Of a stretch of DNA of 64,000 bases, positions 59,513 through 64,000 are shown piece by piece. The translations under genes were made by a program, and so were the position numbers. This DNA is from Gemmatimonadota bacterium (GTDB lineage Bacteria; JBHIER01; G020348925): positions 3,673,688 to 3,737,687 of the forward strand of contig CP070758.1 in NCBI GenBank assembly GCA_020348925.1. The letters are read 5' to 3'. Each line of letters starts with the position of its first letter. Position 1 is the first letter of the stretch. The notes beneath the pieces are model-generated. The model made no database searches. It saw only the letters and a program-made list of their open reading frames with translations, and was not told the origin of the DNA.

Positions 59513-62500
59513 ATGAGAAAACGATCTCTTCTTTTTTGTGTTCTTTCCGTTCTCCTTTTTCAATACGGTTCCTCCTCAGAATCTTTGCCGGATAAAGATG
59601 TTCCGGAATTTACGGTCGTCGCCTCCGACAATTTTGGGGCGGAGATTCTGATAGAGTTGGGTGAACCTGCGATTGAGGGAGTTGACGAGGGAGGGGAGAC
59701 TTTTCACAAGGTACGACTGTTCGGAGCCGGCTGGGCGATTGAGGCCGGTCGCCCGGAGTTGCCGGTTGTGGCCAGGTTTGTGTGCGTGCCGCCGGGTGTT
59801 TCCGTTGACGTGGAGACGGGTCATGCGGAGTATACGACTCTGAACGATGTACGGGTGCTTCCGTGTCAGGAGTTAGAGCATTCGAGGAAAGGCAAGAGGG
59901 AGATTACTCGTGACCACGTTTTGTATGCTCGGGATTCCTTTTTCCCGGAGTCGATCGTTGAGGTCGAGACACCGCTCACTATTCGGGGTCTTCGGGTGGT
60001 TCCCCTTATCGTGCATCCCGTTCAGTACAATCCGTTGCGCGGAAAATTGAAGGTTTACCGGAGTCTCACGGTTCGGCTGACATACCGGGGAGCTGGAGTT
60101 CCCTTCACAGGGGGGCGGCGAAGCAGCGGTGAGTCGGAGGCCTTTGAGAAGTTTTACAGAAGTTCAGTCTTGAATTATGATGCTGATTCATCCCAGGAGG
60201 TGGAGCGAGGAGGATATCTCATTGTGACGCCTGATATCTATTATGAAGAACTGCAGCCCCTTGTTGCGTGGAAGCGTCAGAAGGGATATCACACGGACGT
60301 GGTGCGGCTGTCGCAGATTGGATATAATCCGGATAATAATCAGATAAGAAATTATATTGAGAACTATTATTCGAACGCATCTGTCAGCCCGGAGTATGTT
60401 GTTCTGGTTGGAGATGTCGAGGAGCTCCCAACGTTCTTCTACTATGATGAGATGGAGGCGGGTTGGAATCCAAATTGGCCTTGGGATGCAGCCGATCATC
60501 CGTATAGTATGCTGGAGGGAGATGATTATATGCCGGAAGTGTTTTTGGGGCGTTTGTCGGTATCATCAACCTCTGAGCTGCGGACCGTCGTGAATAAGAT
60601 TGTTTCCTACGAGAGGGATCCATACCTGGGACAGACGGACTGGTACAGCAGTGCTCTCATGGTCTGCAATTACGGGGGGACTGCTACCGCCAGGACGACG
60701 AAGCTCTGGGTGCGGGATAAATTGATGGATAACGGCTATGCCCGGGTGGACACAACGTTCCGAATGGATATGGAATGTGATGTGGGCTTTATTAGAAATG
60801 TGATAAATTCAGGTGTCTCTTTTGTCAACTACCGTGGATTTGTCGGTTGGGGAGGATGGACCTCCCCGCCAGGTGACTTTTCCAACATTTATTCCCTGCA
60901 AAATGGTTTCATGTTACCGGTTGTTACTGATATGACCTGCAGTGAGGCGGCTTTTTTTGGGGATTGTGCGGCGGAGGCGTGGCTGCGAGCAGGAACCGTC
61001 ATGAACCCGAGAGGGGGGATCGCCGCAATCGGTCCTTCGGCAGGCAATACGAAGGTGTATTTCAATAACGTTCTGGATGGAGCGTTTTATGCCGGGATCT
61101 TAGACGATTCGCTCACAACAATCGGACAGGCATTTGCCCGGGCCAAGATGGAACTGTACATGCAATACCCTTTGAACAGGGGACCAGGCCATGCCTGGAA
61201 TTCTGTGGAGTGCTATTTTTATATGTACACACTCATCGGAGATCCGAGCCTTGCGATGTGGACGGATATTCCACGGCTCTTTACGGTTGAGCACCCGGCC
61301 GTGATAGAGGTGGGATCGAACATTTTTAAGGTGCGGGTGAGGAATTCGGGTCATCGTCCTGTTGAGGGTGCATATGTCTGTTTGACCGGTGGCGGTGAAA
61401 TACTCTCCGGAGATTTTACAGGATCGGGGGGGGAGGTGCGTTTACCGGTTTCTCCGGAGGCGGGGATTTCTATGACGGTGACAGTGACCGGGCAGAATTA
61501 CAGGCCGTATCAGGCTGTCGTCGTTGCTGAAGAAGCCGCCCTTTCCCTCGCCCTGTCAGATTATGGTGTTGATGATGATACCTCTGGTGAGAGTAAGGGG
61601 GATGGTGACGGGCGTGTCAATCCCGGGGAGCGAGTGGAGGTCTCACTGATGATGGAGAACGTGGGCACCGGAGAGACAGCCTATGCGGTCTCGTGTGTGG
61701 TAGCCAGTGAAGATCCGTATGTAACTGTCCAGCAACCGGTAGTGGAATTCGGGGATATGGAGCCGGGGGAATCGGTGTGGGGTCAGGCTGCGTGTGTTCT
61801 TTCCGTCGCATCGGACTGTCCTGATGGACACGAGGCCGCCCTGTCGCTAAGGATTACTGAGGGGAGCGGCAACACGTGGGATAATATGCTCAGTCTTGCG
61901 GTTGTGGCGCCGGATTTTGTTCAGTCGGACGTTCAGATAGAAGATTCCGATCAGATGTCCCCCAACGGCCTGCTCGATCCCGGTGAGACAGTTCAGTTGG
62001 TGATGACTCTTCGGAATGAGGGGGACAAGAATGGAGAAAATATCCGGGGGATCCTGAGTACGTCCGACCCAGATATTGATCTCATCGATCACGCTGCGGA
62101 CTTCGGATCAATTTCCATCGGGTCCCACGGATGGAATGGGGATGATCCTTTTATCGTCTCAGCAAATCTCAGAACGTATTCGGGACATCAAGCTCAATTT
62201 ACCCTGTATCTCGAGAGCGATTCGGGGATGCGGGATACACAGACCTTTTCTCTGTCCGTTGGTGTTCCATCCCCCTCGGATCCCACGGGGCCGGATTCCT
62301 ACGGATATATGGCGTACGATAACGGGGACTGGCGCTACTACGATCGTCCTACCTACGCGTGGTTCGAGATAGATCCTGAGTATGGTGGCTCCGGGACCGT
62401 ATTGAGCTTCGTTGATGAACCGCTGCCTGAACAAGGGGATTGGGCCGATTATTATCGAGGTGATACGGAGGTGCTGGATTTGCCCTTCACCTTTCGCTAT

Positions 62501-62586
62501 TATGGAGGTACCTACGATGAGATTTCCGTCTGTTCAAACGGATGGCTCTCCATGGGGGCGACGTGGATGACGGACTTTCGGAACTG
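59513..62586 (+). CDS. Tandem C25 paralog; truncated by gap
   Basis: Colinear and highly similar to 54352..59415 (for example KMELYMQYPLNRGPGHAWNSVECYF in both). Confidence 0.9.
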
Positions 62587-62686
62587 NNNNNNNNNNNNNN
62601 NNNNNNNNNNNNNNNNNNNNNNNNNNNNNNNNNNNNNNNNNNNNNNNNNNNNNNNNNNNNNNNNNNNNNNNNNNNNNNNNNNNNNN
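62587..62686. other. 100-N assembly spacer
   Basis: Run of exactly 100 N. Confidence 0.99.
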
Positions 62687-64000
62687 ACGTGAGGAATACG
62701 TCCGACGGGCATTCCAACATAGTGCCTTTAATGGGGACGGATATCATGTGCCAACAATCCGGAGAAAAAGAGAGCGTGTCCGTCCTCTGGATGCACTCAA
62801 TATGTGTCAGTGTTGTATCACGCTCGAAGATATTCCCCACCTTATCCCCGATGACGACGAGATACGTAATCGGCTCGCCGGTTTCAAACGGAATATCGCT
62901 CAGATCGTCTGTTAAAAGAACAGGCGATGCGAGACCAATACTATCAAAACAGCAGTCCTCAATCGGTTCAAGATCATTAAAGAGAGTATCCACGAGTGTC
63001 GTATCGCTGTTCATAATCCTGTACAACTCATAGAAGTCCGTGCCACTTCCCAGACCGCAATTCTCCCCCGTATCATAATCGCTGGGATCATCAAAAGAGA
63101 CATGAATCTGACACCCGTTCACAACATTATAGATCGGTTCGTCCGGCCGAAGCGTAGGTCTCTTTCGATCGACTCTGAACGATCGGGGCGCTGAAGGGAG
63201 AGAATGGCTGCCGTCGGAACCGATCCCCCTGACGCGGAAAAACCATTTCTTATTGTCCCCAAAAACCGTGCGATCGGACAAATCGAGTGGTCGCGAGGAG
63301 CACGTTCCATCAACACAGGAGACGGTATCGATTCGATCGACATAAAATTCGAAGACCGGATAATCCCGCGTCGAATATTCAACCACATATTCATCGACCT
63401 CTTGCATGGATTCCCAGGATAGGACCAATGGTGCTGAAGCGGGCACATAGATATCGGAAACGAGAGAACAGGGTCGAGCGTGTCCGGAAGCGATGAATGG
63501 GTTCAAGGTATCGCACACGATCGAGACGTTTTGCTTATCGTTGGACGTATTTCCGGCAAAATCGAATGTCAATACGGCATACGTATAATCGCACAGGTCT
63601 CCTGTATCGTCCGGCATGGTTTGGGGGCCTCCATCGCAGGCCACGACAACTTTGCTCGAAGAATCGACCCACGATCTGTACCAGGCATAGTGGAGCGTGT
63701 CGACAACGACACCATCTTTTAATATAAAGTAGCCTTTGACATCGTTCGGCCTCAGAATACCATCGAGATTCCATTCGAGCTTCGTGAAAAAGGAAACGCA
63801 ATCGACTCTGTTTCCTTCATTTTGAACAAACGGAAAAAATTCGCTGAACACACCATCTATTATTTCCACCCGCAGGTCCACCGAGGGAGGTGGTATCGGA
63901 TCCTGCCAGCAGCACACGGTGTCCGACCAGGCGCTCTCATTCCCGACGGAGTCCTTCACTTGTATCGTATAATAATATTTCTCCCCGGACAATGGAGGCT
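62687..64000 (-). CDS. Fibronectin type III-like repeat protein, partial at both ends
   Basis: Open frame to the window edge; repeated YxYxV...DxxGNxS strand motifs; ends in WHMISVP. Confidence 0.7.

Noticed and set aside
54352-62586. Diversity-generating retroelement template/variable pair
   Set aside because: Similarity spans whole genes, differences are not adenine-specific, and no reverse transcriptase is present

Overview
Bacterial draft/metagenome sequence in five pieces joined by 100-N spacers (7272-7371, 28901-29000, 37769-37868, 62587-62686); linkage across spacers is unproven. Secreted proteins with dockerin, cohesin and T9SS/FlgD-like C-terminal domains suggest an FCB-related, probably anaerobic lineage (inference only). 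Piece 1: putative sphingolipid cluster (SDR reductase, serine palmitoyltransferase, GNAT ceramide synthase-like protein, flippase-like protein) and a Cys-rich repeat surface protein. Piece 2: dockerin-bearing amidohydrolase, alkaline phosphatase with an in-frame TGA, DUF362 protein, permease behind a sigma54 promoter, fused flavin/Fe-S dehydrogenase pair, B12 radical SAM, Smr, DPP-IV, ECF sigma/anti-sigma/DUF4252 operon, PAS-LuxR. Piece 3: HmcB/HmcC-like redox module, two GcvH-like proteins lacking the lipoyl lysine, heme-c sensor kinase, sigma54 response regulator, archaemetzincin, an orphan sigma54 promoter and a structured repeat element; this is the best candidate for an undescribed system. 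Piece 4: polyamine operon, thiL, nnr, acpS, tRNA thiolase-like gene, lexA-dinB-dnaE2 cassette and two tandem C25-family proteins lacking the catalytic His. Piece 5: partial FnIII-like protein. No rRNA, tRNA or CRISPR array was recognised. All family calls come from motif recognition by eye; no searches were run.
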